The position numbers and the translations under genes are program-made. A DNA stretch of 62,907 nt, counting the filler, from Intoshia linei (Eukaryota; Animalia; Orthonectida): NCBI GenBank assembly GCA_001642005.1. It is 5 parts of 5 records of this genome, joined end to end, with 100 filler letters (N's around TTAATTAATTAA, not from the genome) between each part and the next. Parts side by side here need not be neighbours in the genome. Positions count along the whole stretch, not along the records: positions 28,132 to 49,630 come from LWCA01000642.1; positions 49,731 to 57,960 come from LWCA01001469.1; 3 more parts are not named here. The stretch is one strand, 5' to 3'. Shown here one piece after another: positions 41,901 through 55,389 of this stretch. The notes beneath the pieces were generated by a model. That model saw nothing but the letters and a program-made list of their open reading frames with translations. It was not told where the DNA came from and did not search any database. Positions within the stretch are counted from its first letter, which is position 1, and every line of letters starts with the position of its first letter.

Positions 41901-44900
41901 ATGTTATCAGTAATATAATTTTCCGATTCGGATTATACGTAATCGTTCATAGTAGAAAACGTCTATTTAAAATTATTATGATTATAAAAAAACTAGGGTT
42001 TATGACAATATGAATGTGTAATAAAAAAAAATGTTGGATTTATTTTCATTTTCGGATCTGCAGTCCAATAGTTCGATTAAAATATTAAAATAATTCCATA
42101 ATGATAAGAAGGTGTATTATTTCCATCTGATACAATCATGCTGCTGTTCGTGCGAGGTCAAAATTATTGGACATTCTTTTTTAACTTGTATTTATTTTTG
42201 CTGTTAATGAATATTGAATGTAGTCTGTAATTCAACAAAAAATTACAACCAATTGATTTGTCATAAAAGCAAATGGATTGGAAATCGAACAGAGTGCGGT
42301 ATATTTAAAATTAAATACTAAATTATTAATTTATTTTTAAATTAAATATTAAGAATTAAATAAAATATATTTGTATATAGATATACTAAAATATAAATTT
42401 CTGTAATGGAATGTACTATTTTGAGTTGTGTATTTGCTAATTACAATATTGTATATGCTTATTTAAGTGTTGATTCCCATATTCAGTTGTATTAGTAGGA
42501 TTCGTTTAGTTATAAAAAAAAATAAGTATTTTTCACGTGTTTTTACACACAAGATTTTATTCAAAATTCTAGACGATCGCTACATTATTATTTAAAAAAT
42601 CACCTGCACAATTTTAATTTGAATAATAAAAATTTTTTTAAATTACCAATTTTTAATCCGTATTTATTTAATATTGAACTTTATATATAAAATTAGTAAA
42701 CATGCATTGTACATCGTATAATGTACTTTATAATATTGTAAAATTTTTTGTATATTATTATAGTATTAATTAGAATCAAGTGAAATGCATTTAACCTTTT
42801 TTACCAGTGGAATCTCGTTGATCATTCTGTTGAGTCTTTCAATATCAGTCGGTCTCATTATATTGCTAACTGGAATATATCTTCTTAGAAGGTATATTGT
42901 AATTAAATCAGTCATGTTAAAACCTTTAACGTGTAATTGTGTTGCAACATTTTAATGGCTGTAACGAATCGATGACTTAAAGATGACCGGTTTTAGCGTC
43001 CTATAATCCTAGATACTATTTAAATATTTATTATTTTATTTAAGATTACAAAAAAATAAAGGAAACCCATCCAAAATGGTTATAATGATGGATACACTTG
43101 GAAATTTACTACAATCTACTTCTCAATATTTTTCAAAAGAAATTTATTCAAGAAACAAAATATACAAGTGTAATATGCGTTTATTATATTTATACATTAG
43201 GTTGACTGTTATGTACTACGTATAAACAGCAGCTAGCTCTGCCGAGGCGGACATTTTTATTCTACAAAAAAAATAAATTCAATAACAAAATCTAACTTAA
43301 AAATGGTACCATGCAGTATTATCAATACTTTAAATGAGTGGTTCCCAAACTTGTTTCAGGTGGAACCATCATATCACATTATTTTTACTTTAAAGTGAAT
43401 TATTCCACTTAATTTTTTGTTTGTTAACATTTGTGTAAATAATTTTAAAAACAATTGTTATCCCATTTTTTTAATTTATTAGACAGAATGTGTGTATAAT
43501 ATTAAAAATAAAGTAAAAACAGTCCAATCCTAAAAATTGTCATAAATAGCATAAATTCCAAAAAAATAAAATTAGTCAAATTCACATTTTTTTAGAAATT
43601 GTAGGATCAATATTTACATTTTCAAGTTTTATTTTAATCGAAATATTTGAGAAATATTGGTTAATAATTTATTAAAAATTATTTTTCACCGGGAATGCGT
43701 AGATTTCTGGATTTTAAATTTTGTAATTATATTAAGTGGAATAAGCTATATCAAAATAATATATTTTATTATATTTCGGACTGTTAATTATTTCACATTT
43801 TTTGAAATTCTCCAACTCGCTTGATTTTCAAAAAAAGAACAATTGGGCTTTTTGACCCGTAAGATGTGAGTTTGGGAAGTTGAAATTTATTAAAATATAT
43901 ATTTTTAATTAACATGTAAATTAAACTGTACTGTATATAAGTAAGGATTATTTCAATGGTTTTCATCATTTAATAAACAGTGCAGCCCTGTAGCCCTCAA
44001 TGACGATTCGCCACCTTTTATATTACCCGCGAAAATTTTACTCGCCGACTAAAAAGTTCCTCCACACTGATCTAAAAATTACATTGATAACAAACAAAAA
44101 CGCTCTTCGTTTGTTTAGGTATATTGTCTGTCTGTTGATGTATATTTATTAGGGTGGTTCACTATATTACCAAATAAAAACTATTTTAGAGTATAAGTAC
44201 CATTTTACTTAGAAATCAATTGTAGCATAATTTTTTTTTTTAATTTTGAAAATTTTGCCCTGCCCGACTTCAACATTTTTTATATATTATAAAAAACGAT
44301 CTGTGAGGTTTGTAATGTTTATTGTAACAAGAATCTATACATATAATTATATATTTTTGGGATTAATATTACTTTTAAATAAGTTTTTATTCTGTTTCAA
44401 TATTCGATAGATACTTGAATGATAATATAAATAGATTAGTTTCGAATGTCAATATTAGAGATTAATAAACTAATGTTGTCTCATAGACTACATTACAAGG
44501 TTAAATATTATTTTTAAAATAAAGTTTAATTGATATTAATATTATCTTATTATAATACATAATATGTATTACATATATGTATAAACTTTATTCATGTTTA
44601 TTCAAATATTATTAATATTTAAATGATTAATATTTAAAATTCTGCATTTTTAGATATACTATAAAGTGACCAGAAAAAGTACATACTATCAATTTTAGTT
44701 TATTTGGTGTTAAATGTAAATCCAAAATACTTATCTATGATGACCAACAAAAATTTTTGGCTTTAAATTTATTCCAAATAAACTAAAATGATAGTACGTA
44801 TTTTTCTGGCCACTTTATCTTATATATATTATATTATATCTTATATATAATTAAACATTTATGCAGAATTTTCAATATTAATCATTTAAATATTAACGTA

Positions 44901-46103
44901 ATAATTAAATAAACATGTAAATAATTGAATTATTATTAAATTATCAACTCAATTTTGTAACATTATAGATATGGAAGCAACATTACTTGTAAATTTTTAA
45001 ATTTCAAATTATAAAAATAATTGTTTCCATGATTAATCATTATTTTTTAAAGAAAATAAAGTATTTTCGTTTTTTTCTCTGCTTTTATTTATTAAAACAA
45101 AGAAACTAATAATACAAAAAAAACTACACTCACCTGTCACTAATCTAAGTAACATTTTACTCATCTTCACATAATTTTTATGAAAATTAATCGATTAGAA
45201 TAAATACAGTTCCATTTTTTAGCTCGCCTTCTAGAGAGTTCATATTACTTTTTTTCATTAAAATGTATTTTATACGTAAATAACTGAATTTTAAAATGAT
45301 ACACTCAGATTTTCATAAATAAAATAAATGTTAAGTTATTAAAAATTTTGTCTAATATAAAATAAATTTTATTTTAAATTAATAAATTTAAAATCTCTTT
45401 TTATGAAAAAAACGCCTTGTGAGGTTAAATATTAAATTTTATTTCTCCAAATTTGGTATATATTTTAGTGGGTCCTATATTAACCATATCCAATTAAAAA
45501 ACTAATTGTGATGTTAACCCATTAATTACATTAATTAGAAATATAGAAATTTGCGCGCGAAAACCTTAAAATGAGAAAAGCTAAATGTTTTCATGGTAAC
45601 TTTTCTAAAAATAAATTTTCTAGGGGTTTTTAAGTACCCTCTTCAGCGTGGTATTGGGTATTTGATATATTTGTATATGAAGATTCTAAGCAAAATCTGA
45701 TACAGGTTGTCATAGTAGAATATAAAAAAATACATCCGAAAACAAAAAAATCAGATTATGAAAAAAAAATTTTACCCTGATACCGGGCAATATAAAAATT
45801 TTTATAATTTTAAAAAATTCTTTGTGGTATGCTCCTACTTATACAAAATAGGGATGGTATGCAAAAATAGTTTTTGAAATTAAAAAAAACAACATTAAAA
45901 TAAACCACTCTAATATTTATATAATTTTGTCATTAGGTAACAGAAAAGAATTAATGAATGGAGTACCTACAGAAATTATCAATTTTTTAAATAAATCCAG
46001 TAATATGTATAATAATGAATTTTCACAATTAGAAGATGAACGAGAAATTTACTGTACAAAATGTATTAATATAAAGGAAAATTTTGATACACATGAAGTT
46101 TGA
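38996..46103 (+). CDS. Type I membrane protein: signal peptide, SUEL/Gal-lectin domain, CUB-like region, sushi-like module, TM helix
   Basis: CENNIITINC..AKYGRM..CIRRNYGYIGCQKSV..CSGKSHC..CPHDLKSFLQFSYRCI. Later exons give AIGC..WIQR (about 40921), CNS..LICHKSKWIG...C (about 42224) and TM ISLIILLSLSISVGLIILLTGIYLLRR (about 42810-42890). The last exon (about 45940-46103) is tentative. Confidence 0.75.
40454..40851. mobile_element. hAT-type MITE with TAGGG termini
   Basis: TAGGGTGTTACAC / GTGACACCCTA, internal inverted motifs GAGTTGCGCTCATCA / TGATGAGCGCAACTC, 8-bp TSD ACGTGCAT / ACATGCAT. Confidence 0.85.
41000..41880 (+). mobile_element. Helitron-like element, 5' portion, starting a few nt after an intron donor
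   Basis: Begins TCCTTACTGATATAAAATGC and shares body sequence with the copies at 31522 and 23440. Confidence 0.6.
43197..43947 (-). mobile_element. Helitron-like copy with both ends
   Basis: Minus strand 5' A|TCCTTACTTATATA and 3' GTAGTACATAACAGTCAACCTAA|T. Confidence 0.65.
44150..45912. mobile_element. Non-autonomous hAT element of about 1.76 kb with a perfect 8-bp TSD
   Basis: TAGGGTGGTT / AACCACTCTA termini flanked by ATATTTAT on both sides. Confidence 0.7.
44594..44917. repeat. Long imperfect inverted repeat (foldback), arms about 130 bp
   Basis: TTAATATTTAAATGATTAATATT..ATAAAGTGACCAGAAAAA..TTTTAGTTTATTTGG is mirrored by CCAAATAAACTAAAA..TTTTTCTGGCCACTTTAT..AATATTAATCATTTAAATATTAA. Confidence 0.85.
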
Positions 46104-46950
46104 TACTCAATTAAATAAATATTAAAATAACATTGTTTTATTTTATCCAATGTAAATATTATTTTGGTCTATTAGCCAAAATTATCTTCAAAATCTTTAT
46201 AAATTTGGTCAAAAATTCAATAATATGATTATGTCGCCTCAATAACGCTTCTATCATGCATTTCGGATTAAGCAATATTACCAAAATAAATAAATGATTT
46301 ATTAAATCTCGAAAATGTAACAAAGTTATATTGTGAAATCTGTTACATCATATGACTAACATATGCAGTAAAACTAATCAAATGATTAAGTGAAACTTTT
46401 AAGATGTAAAAATAGTCATATGTAAATATAAATTTTTTCCATAGGCCCAAGCCGACACTAGCATGTAATAAATGAATAAAGACATGACTACTATTGAAAC
46501 TACCAATTGTACTATACAATATTGAAATACACTTTGATATATATAATGTTTACAATCATACTGTTAAAACTAAATCGATATTGAACGTTAAAACTAACAC
46601 TGGTGCAATGAATAATATCGATAAAAATTTATGAATGAAAATTATTGAAATGCATCAAAACATAACACAAACTTAAGACTTTTTCATACTCGTGAAATTA
46701 GTATTGTATTGAGCTACAGCTGTATATAATTGTAACTAAAACTACAATAATTAACTTATTTTGAGAGTATTGCACAATTGTTCTTAATTTCTGGAATATT
46801 GAATTAGGTAATTTTCTATAAACAAACAAATTTATACAAATTTGCATTATAATTCAGCGTAGTGCCATAGTAAGTTTAATGAAATTGATATGCAAAATGT
46901 GTAAACTTTGATTTTACGTTTATATATTTATACATTTTTTTCTGTAACTT

Positions 46951-47798
46951 ATGACTTATTCAAATATACTAAATCGATTCGAAGACATGTCTGAAACGGC
47001 AAGTCTCACGTCTGATTACGCAGATACAACAAAAATTTGTAATATAATTCCTGAAGGTAGAAACATTGTAAATTCAGTTACAGAATCAAATTTTAATTAT
47101 TACACCCTACCAAACAATTTATTTCATAAATATGTTTTTAGCAACGATTACAGTTACCCCAATTCAATAGATATGAAATCTAATGACACACAAGATAGTA
47201 GTCCGACCAATTTGTCTCTCCCTCATTCTTATAAAAACGTTTATTCCAATGTCAATGGAATTGGTACATCAGTACCAAATGATTTAGCCTATTTACCTCA
47301 GAATGCAAACTCTAATTCTGAGTTTACAAGGTCATTTATATCAACTCCAAGTGTATCAAATACAATGCCGTACTATATAAATAGAAACGCTGTAGACTCT
47401 CCAATATTTAATATAAATTCAAATTCACAAGGATCAAATGATTTACCCACTAAACAAAAAATACCCGCTTATCTACATTCTTCTAACCCTTTGCAACTGT
47501 CACAGCAGCCAAATCACATTTTTCTCAATAATGAAAAACCGGTTTTATTTACAAATCAAGCTATCAATAATTCTAATCAAATGCCTTTTGCTCGGTATGA
47601 TGATCCTCATAATTTTACAGCCAATATTAGTATGGCTGATCAATATATTAATTCAAACAAGTATTCCTATGTTCAAAGTTCTAGTTTAACTCTAAAGAAT
47701 CCTTACTCTATTAATCCTGAAAATTCAATTCCTATTTGTAAACATATATGTGGTATTTGTGGAGATAAAGCTTCCGGAAAGCATTATGGCGTCTACAG
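46951..47798 (+). CDS. RXR: Nuclear receptor, RXR/USP-type (NR2B): long A/B region plus first zinc finger, 3'-partial
   Basis: KHICGICGDKASGKHYGVY(S) followed by donor AG|GT at 47798/47799; RXR consensus is KHICAICGDR.SGKHYGVYSCEGCKGFF. Remaining exons were not found. Confidence 0.75.
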
Positions 47799-48583
47799 GT
47801 CATTTTATTTTATTTAAATATATTTTTACGTTTGTCTCGATTAATCAAGTTTCACTTATACCAACTTTTAATGCAGTGTCCCTTTTCTTCAGGATTGTTC
47901 TGTAAGCTCGCATATTTTTATTGAAATGTATATGTATTCATTTTTTTAGCCGGGTATTTTAGTTTTTGTAAACAAAAATTAATATAAAAATAAACTTAAA
48001 TTTAGTTATTTTTTTAATTAATTAATTACTTACTTAATTTATGAGCGCAACTTGGTTAAGAATATTTTTGACAAACGATTTTTGACATCGTGATTTCTAT
48101 TCAAAAATACACGTGATCTACCTGGTACGTTTTGTAAAATCGCAAAATTATAAATAAACACGCAAACTAATGACCACGTTATAAAAACCTTGAATTTTAT
48201 TCCATTCATCTATACCAGATACAGTCAATTTGTACTACAATTTTCTGTTCAACATTAAACGTATTTACTTTACTAAAGCAATTTTTTAATTGTCTTCGTT
48301 TTTACTCTTTTACATGCCCGAATGATTATCATTACTACATCAAAAAGATTTATATCGATTTTGGCTACATATATTTAGTATAGTATTAGGTCTATAGTGG
48401 TCATTTCTAATTTAACACAGGACAACATTTTTACAATTTTAAAAAAATTTCTGCTAGGTTTTATTTTTAAATGATAGAGCAAATTGCAAAATGTATATTT
48501 TGAAAGATAGAGGGAAATGTGTCTCCTAGTTACCGTAATAATATCATATTAATATTGTTTATTACTATAATATTATATAAGAA

Positions 48584-48990
48584 CTAGATTGACTGTTATG
48601 TACTACGTACAAACCGCACCTAGCTCTGCCGAGGTCACATTTTTATTATACCAAAAAAATAAATTCACGTTGAAAATATAACTTAAAAATTCTACTATTT
48701 ACTATTATCAATTATTTAATTGAGTTGTTCCCAAACATTTTGAATTTTTAAAATTCGTATCAGTGTATATATTTTTTTAAATTCTCGAACTCGCTCGATT
48801 TTCAAAAAAAAGGGCAATTGGGCTTTTTGACCCGTAACATGTGAGTTTGGAGGTTAAAATTTATTTTGCTAACACCCCGGAAAAAACTGTAATTGAAATG
48901 TGGACTTAATAAAATTCTAAAACGGGTTATTTAAATAAAGCTGAACACACACACAAACAAAAATCGCGTAGCATATTATATAAATTAGGA
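48584..48990 (-). mobile_element. Helitron-like copy with both ends
   Basis: Minus strand A|TCCTAATTTATATAAT ... GTACGTAGTACATAACAGTCAATCTAG|T; no TSD. Confidence 0.7.
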
Positions 48991-50075
48991 TTAAAATATC
49001 AAAAACACAGTTTTAGCACGATTATGTTATAAAGCTAATGCACTTAGCTATATATTTTATCATTAAAATGAGCATGATACATTTTATTATTTTTTTACTC
49101 TTTTTATCATTTCAAAAGCTCTTTTTAGTCTACAGTAGAATCTCGATCATACATACAGTCAATTATACATAAAGCAAAATTGTAAATTTAATTTTAGTAC
49201 ATATTGATAATCAAAACTTCATATTACATTTTAAGTTTAGATAATTCTGTTGAAATAGGAATTAGTATTTTTAATAGATTATTTTGTACTAAATAATGAT
49301 GAAATTTTATTTTAAAACTTAATTGAGTCTAAATATTAATATTCCATGATAATTTTTTTAAATTTAAATTTATGATAATGTTTATGATTTTAAAATCCGC
49401 ATCAGCGTATATATTTTTTTAAATTCTCGAACTCGTTTGATTTTCAAAAAAAAGACAATTGGGATATATATTTTTTTAAATTCTCCAACTCGTTTGATTT
49501 TCAAAAAGAGGGACAATTTTTTAAATTCTCCAACTCGTTTGCTTTTCAAAAAGAGGGACAACAGGGCTTTTTGACACTTAAGATGTAAAATTGGGAGGTT
49601 GAAATATATCTTAATATACGTCCCGAAAAANNNNNNNNNNNNNNNNNNNNNNNNNNNNNNNNNNNNNNNNNNNNTTAATTAATTAANNNNNNNNNNNNNN
49701 NNNNNNNNNNNNNNNNNNNNNNNNNNNNNNTTACAAAAGCATTTTTTGTCAGTTTCAATTTATACAGAACATTCAATTTAAATAGTGACAGTATATTTAA
49801 AGTACTGACAAAATAATTTTTTTTTACTGCCCTTCCAATTTAAATACTGACAATTTATTATATCAACTGAAAATTTAATATTTCTACTGAAAAACCATCC
49901 AAAATACTGATACTTTACGGATTAAAATACTGCGATAAATACTAGCTATTTTTAATACGAAAATTTTATTTTGTTTTAAAAAGTTTTTTGTTTCATTATC
50001 AGTTTAAGTAAGTATTAAAGCAAGTACATTATTGTGTACACATCTCATCTTGTGCACATCAATCAAATCAAATAC

Positions 50076-53000
50076 AAATCTTTGTATTTGAGAACTTCAT
50101 TTTGTTTTGTTTGTGGTATTAAGTTTTTATGGAATACTCCGCAATTCTGTAAAACTGAATTTTCCCTTAAAGATTGGTAAAACGGGAATTTTTCCTGTTA
50201 GTATTGGTAAATTTTGATTTGTAGTAAAAATGGTTGGATTTAAGTAGACACTCATTTTTAAATAATTATCTACAAAATGACTATGCGTTAATAAAGTGTA
50301 TTTTCAAGATTATTTTAATTTATCTTTTATTCAACATTTTGATTAGTTTAATTAACTGTGGCTTTTTAATTTTTTTGAAAAATTTATTATATCCAAAACA
50401 TTGTAGTAATAATCAATTAGTATAAGTAAAAAGTATCATTTAATCAGGCCTCCTCCCATCTATCAATATTTCACAGTGTTTCAGGTATCTAGTTTAAAAT
50501 AAAAGACGCTGTATTAATTTGAAAAAAGTACGTTACTATTACTTATCAATCCTTCTATTAAAAATTCAATTTAAAAACATTTTTGGTCAATCCATTTTTA
50601 ACAATATTATGATAAATATTATTCTATTTTATTATAATGAAACAGTTGATTTACTGGTATGCAGCCTTTGATTTTTGTAAAATTTTTATATCATTCGAGT
50701 TATAATAATCTGCAGCCAATATCGAGTTAAACTCTATGTTGTTGTCGTTTATATCTTCATCTTTAATCATACAATTAAGTTTTTTTATGTAGTTTTGAGG
50801 TAAATCTATAAATAATTATTTATTAATTATTCTTTAATATTAAATAGTACATTATATGTAATTTAATTCCTCGTTGACGTAAATTGTTGTCTTTAAAAAA
50901 ATTTTGAAATTTTGTATAATACATCAGTACATTAACAAAGAACAAGGATACTGGAAAATGAACAAGGCACTATTAAAAACTAGGAACTTGTAAACATTTT
51001 TATAAAATTTAAAAACAAATTAAAATTCCGTTTTTTTCGATAATTTTATAAGGATAAACGATCATAATATAATAATATACGAAATTTTTCTGTGGACGAT
51101 TAAAATTATTTTACAATATAAAATAAAAAAAATATATTGATTTATCTGAAAAATGTTTCGTGAATCACTATTTAAAGGAGTTAAAATAAAAGCATTACAT
51201 TTCATGTAGTGAATTTTGTGTAAATTTTTTTTGTATCCAATTAGTAAATCTCCTGAATTGTTACAAAAACTAATTGATTTTGGATAATTTTCCAGGTTAA
51301 TAATTCTAAAATATGTATAGGTTTTAAATTTAATTAAATTCTGACAAGCATGTATAATTTTAATTCACCTTACCTAATTAATTCATTGTTTTCATTCCAT
51401 ATACGAACGGTGTAATCCTTTGCAGCTGATGCGAATATGCGTAATTTCGAACATGCTGATAAACCTGTTATCATTTCAGTATGATCATCGGAAATTGAAT
51501 GATTTATTCGATCTAATTAAATAATTGAATTTATTAAAAAAATAATCAAACCTTTTGTATCCAAGGTATACATACAAATGGTATAACGAGCACTAGGTGG
51601 ATGTTTTATTGCTACAATCAAACGTTCTCGAAGTATAGACATATAAAGTGGCGTATGAGAACAATAGAATGCTGTCATCGGTGACAATGACTCCTCAGCA
51701 TAAGGATACAATCTCCAAACTTTAATAATGTTGTCTAAATATTCATATATTCATATTTAGCATTCCAATATAATCTTCTGTATGGTTAAAGGTAGACTGA
51801 CCAGATTCAAAAAAATTCAAAAAACTATAAAAAGAATCCAGAATTTAAAAAAACATAAATTCTAGGAAAGTTGTACATTACAATACATTTGATAATCATG
51901 AAATACTTTTTCATAAAATCTTAATTTTCATGATGAACACGAAGGTTAGCCCCTGTTCTAAATAGTAGACAAAAAAATCGAAAATGCGTTGAAATTTACA
52001 ATAAGAAATTAAAGAAATATATTCGCTATTAATGACAAACCTAATCCAGCAGATATTAATTGATCACTTTTGGAATTTGCCATCATACTTAAGACTCCTT
52101 TAGTACCATGTGCTTCAATTGCAAATACAACTTTGCCAGTAGTCCAATCAAATACACAAATGTGACCGTCTTTTCTACCGCCTATTTTGTAAAAATAATA
52201 AATATTTTTCAATTTATACCGAGTAGTAAATATTTTTCAGCTTTAGTTTCATTTTCTGTTTTTTTTTTGGAATTTTTTTTTATTTTGTTTTTACTTTCTT
52301 GACCAGTTTCAGATTCACTTTCATCTGTTTTAGTTTGATCGTAACCTTTCACAGTAACTGCTCGTTTCATTCCAGACCATAAACTGGTTGATTTCAATTC
52401 AACGACAACATATTCGTAAACTAACAAGTAGTTGCATGCTTCTACATGATTTATAAATATATACACATTAATACGAAACTTTTTTTATCTGGGCATTTCC
52501 ATTTATTCACCAACTTTGCAGGGTTTGACATGATGTCATATTTATAAATGTCTCCACTGTCCAATACAACAAATATAATACCTATATAATGGAATAAAAA
52601 CACAAATTATATCCAGCAAAAACTAATCATATTATATAATTTAAATTTATCAGTATTTCCAATAAGTTATTTGAAAAAATCAGTATAAAATGTATAAACA
52701 TAAAAATTTGAAAATGACTTCATTTCCGGTCATTTTGAGGAAATTTATGGTCATTTTATACATTAATGTATTGTTGGAAACCCTAGTATGTACCTTCGGA
52801 TATGGAATAAGCCGCATCAATGACTGAATATTCTTTGACCAACAATGATGAAATGATGCTTCCATTCTTTACATTTCCTATACGAATAGACGAATCTCTT
52901 CCAATCATTACTGTTCTAATTGGAAATTTTGGATGGTCTGTATTTTTGATAGTTTTTATTTCGGTTCTAAATATTAATTAATTTTTAATAATATATAAAT

Positions 53001-55389
53001 ACCCAATATATGTGTGCAAAGAATGAACATTTTCAATCTCCCAAAAATCACATTTATTATCACCAAAAGTCATAAACTTTGAATTATTCCTGATGGCGTG
53101 AATCGTCATATTCCTGCAATTGGTATTTATTCTAACAATAATTTATAATTTATTTTTTCATGTATATTTGAAAACCTTTTAACTTCATCACTTTCCTGAT
53201 AACTCCAAACCCGAATTGTGGAATCGTTGCTGGCAGAAATAATATGCGGTTCAAATGGATGTTGCGATATAGACGTTACTTTTGATGAATGCCCAACAAA
53301 AACTAAATTCAATTTCCATGATTCTGTCCATATTTTTACTAAAAATAAAATATACATATTTTAAATAAATAATGTTGTCAATTATTACTACAACCATCCT
53401 TTGCAGCTGTAACTATTAATGAGAAACAATCTATATATTTCATGGAAGTGATTTCAGAACCGTGAATTTCTGTCATTTCGTATTTTAGGGATTTATCCCA
53501 CACATTATATGTCTAGACATATTTATATAAAATAAAGTGTAAGTATTAATATTATTATTATTCATATAAAATGGAATGTCTGTTTTTAATTGATTGAATT
53601 GAAATTGACATCTATATTTTTGAATTCTTAGTAAAAAAGTGCACTATTTTTCATTTCTATTACATGTAGTACAACTGTGCAATTTTTAGTTTAAATTACA
53701 ATTTAATTTCAAAAAGTTAAAAATATTGAGATAAAATGATAATATACATTTTTTATTGTGAAGAAATTAATTTCTGAGATTTATATTTATAGTAAAACAT
53801 GCTCTAGAAAAAAGTGTCTAATATTTCAGTTTTTTAAGAATAGGTAACAGATAAATACATGTATTGCATTTCATACAAGTAATGTATTTTTATTAAGGAT
53901 TTGTACATTTCCTTATTTTGTTATAAACTAAATTACATTGACATTTGATCCGTATATGACAAATAATTTTTGATTAACACTCACAATTTCTTCCAAAACT
54001 AATCTACAAAACGTTTTGTTTATTCCAAAACCCGCCCTGATTACATGTGTCTTTATTAAATAACAACCCTTATACCGAAAAGCAAACATCTACAAATAAT
54101 AATACTCTATATTGAAATTAATAAAATATTTAAATAATAATAAGTAAACATTTATTCACATAATCAGTGTTTTATATGTATACAAAGTGTGATTATAATT
54201 GGAAAATTCTCCACTATAATTGATTGTTGAAATGTTGTAATCACGAAGCAATTAAAAAAATAGTAATAAAACCGGCTTGACACATTGCCATACATTTGGA
54301 GTCAACTGTATCGTTTAAGATTCTTAGAACTTAAAATTTGCAATACATTTTTTACTGTTTTTGAATTATAATTAATTACACCCCCAAAAAAAATGACTTT
54401 AAAAGGTTATTTATGTTTATAATGAGGGGTATACTAATGATTATGATTCAATTTTTATAACATTGGCGTATGGTATATGATGAATAAATGTTATTACATG
54501 TAATCCCTCTTCACCGAGAACGATAACTTGATTTATAGGTGCATTTATTTTAAAATCTATGGTCCTTTCTTTCAAATTGGTTTTGTTGCAAATGGCAAAA
54601 TTGTCTCGCAATAACTGAAAAATTTGATTATTAAATTTTTACTTTTTGACGTCGTCATCTAATTAAATGAACTATATGCAAGACCGTGGAAAGTGAACAG
54701 TGCGCCGATATACAAACAAATAATCATGGTATTATTTGACCCGATCGGGCTATTTACCCACCACTGTTTGATATGATCAATAAACTTTTTAAGAAGATTG
54801 TTATAAAATTGTTTTTTTATATTTTTACAAATGTAGTAGTAATTTAAACCAGTTTCCTTGGTTAATCGGGTCGTAATATGGCCCTAGTCCCTCTCCACTA
54901 CCAAACGATAATTTCTAACATTTACCCAAACATATTTTCTACAATTTTGTATAGCGACGTATTTATTTTGCTTTTCATGATATTCGATTTTATGAAAAGA
55001 TTTAGGTACACTGTGAATAGAATCCAAGGTGTATGTTTGAGAATTGAATAAATGGCAAAATTTTGACGTAAACACTGCATAAATCTGAAAGATGCATTAT
55101 TATTATTAATATTGTACTATTAGTATATTATTTTGTCAGTTTTAATCTTTTTACAGTTAAATATGGTAAATAAAATACATACCCGTCTTTGGTATAAATA
55201 TACAACACCAATAATTTTTTCGGTTAAACAAATTGTTCGATTTAACGTAATACCGTCATTTACATGTAATTTCTTTTTTATGGGAGGTAGAGATGCCCCA
55301 ATGCCACACTCGACATAATCAGAAATAATTTTCCAAAGCAATTCGGGAGAATTATGGCTGTTTTCGTCAAAACTTTGATCAGATTCCAT
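50076..55389 (-). CDS. WD repeat protein, WDR97-like, probably 3'-truncated by the gap
   Basis: Many exons with WD repeats: AAKDG.IKIW..W.L..VFVGH..VTSI..HPF.P.IISAS.D.TIRVWS; TDHPKFPIR...RDSSIR; DNIIKVWRLYPYAEESLSP; DDH...ITGLSAC..LRIFASA..D.TVRIWNENN.LIR. These match recalled invertebrate WDR97-type sequences. Confidence 0.7.

Noticed and set aside
49405-49560. Three repeats of about 45-55 bp (TTTAAATTCTC.AACTCGTTTG.TTTTCAAAAA) resembling a CRISPR-like array
   Set aside because: No unique spacers; an internal tandem amplification of the Helitron-family body in a eukaryote.
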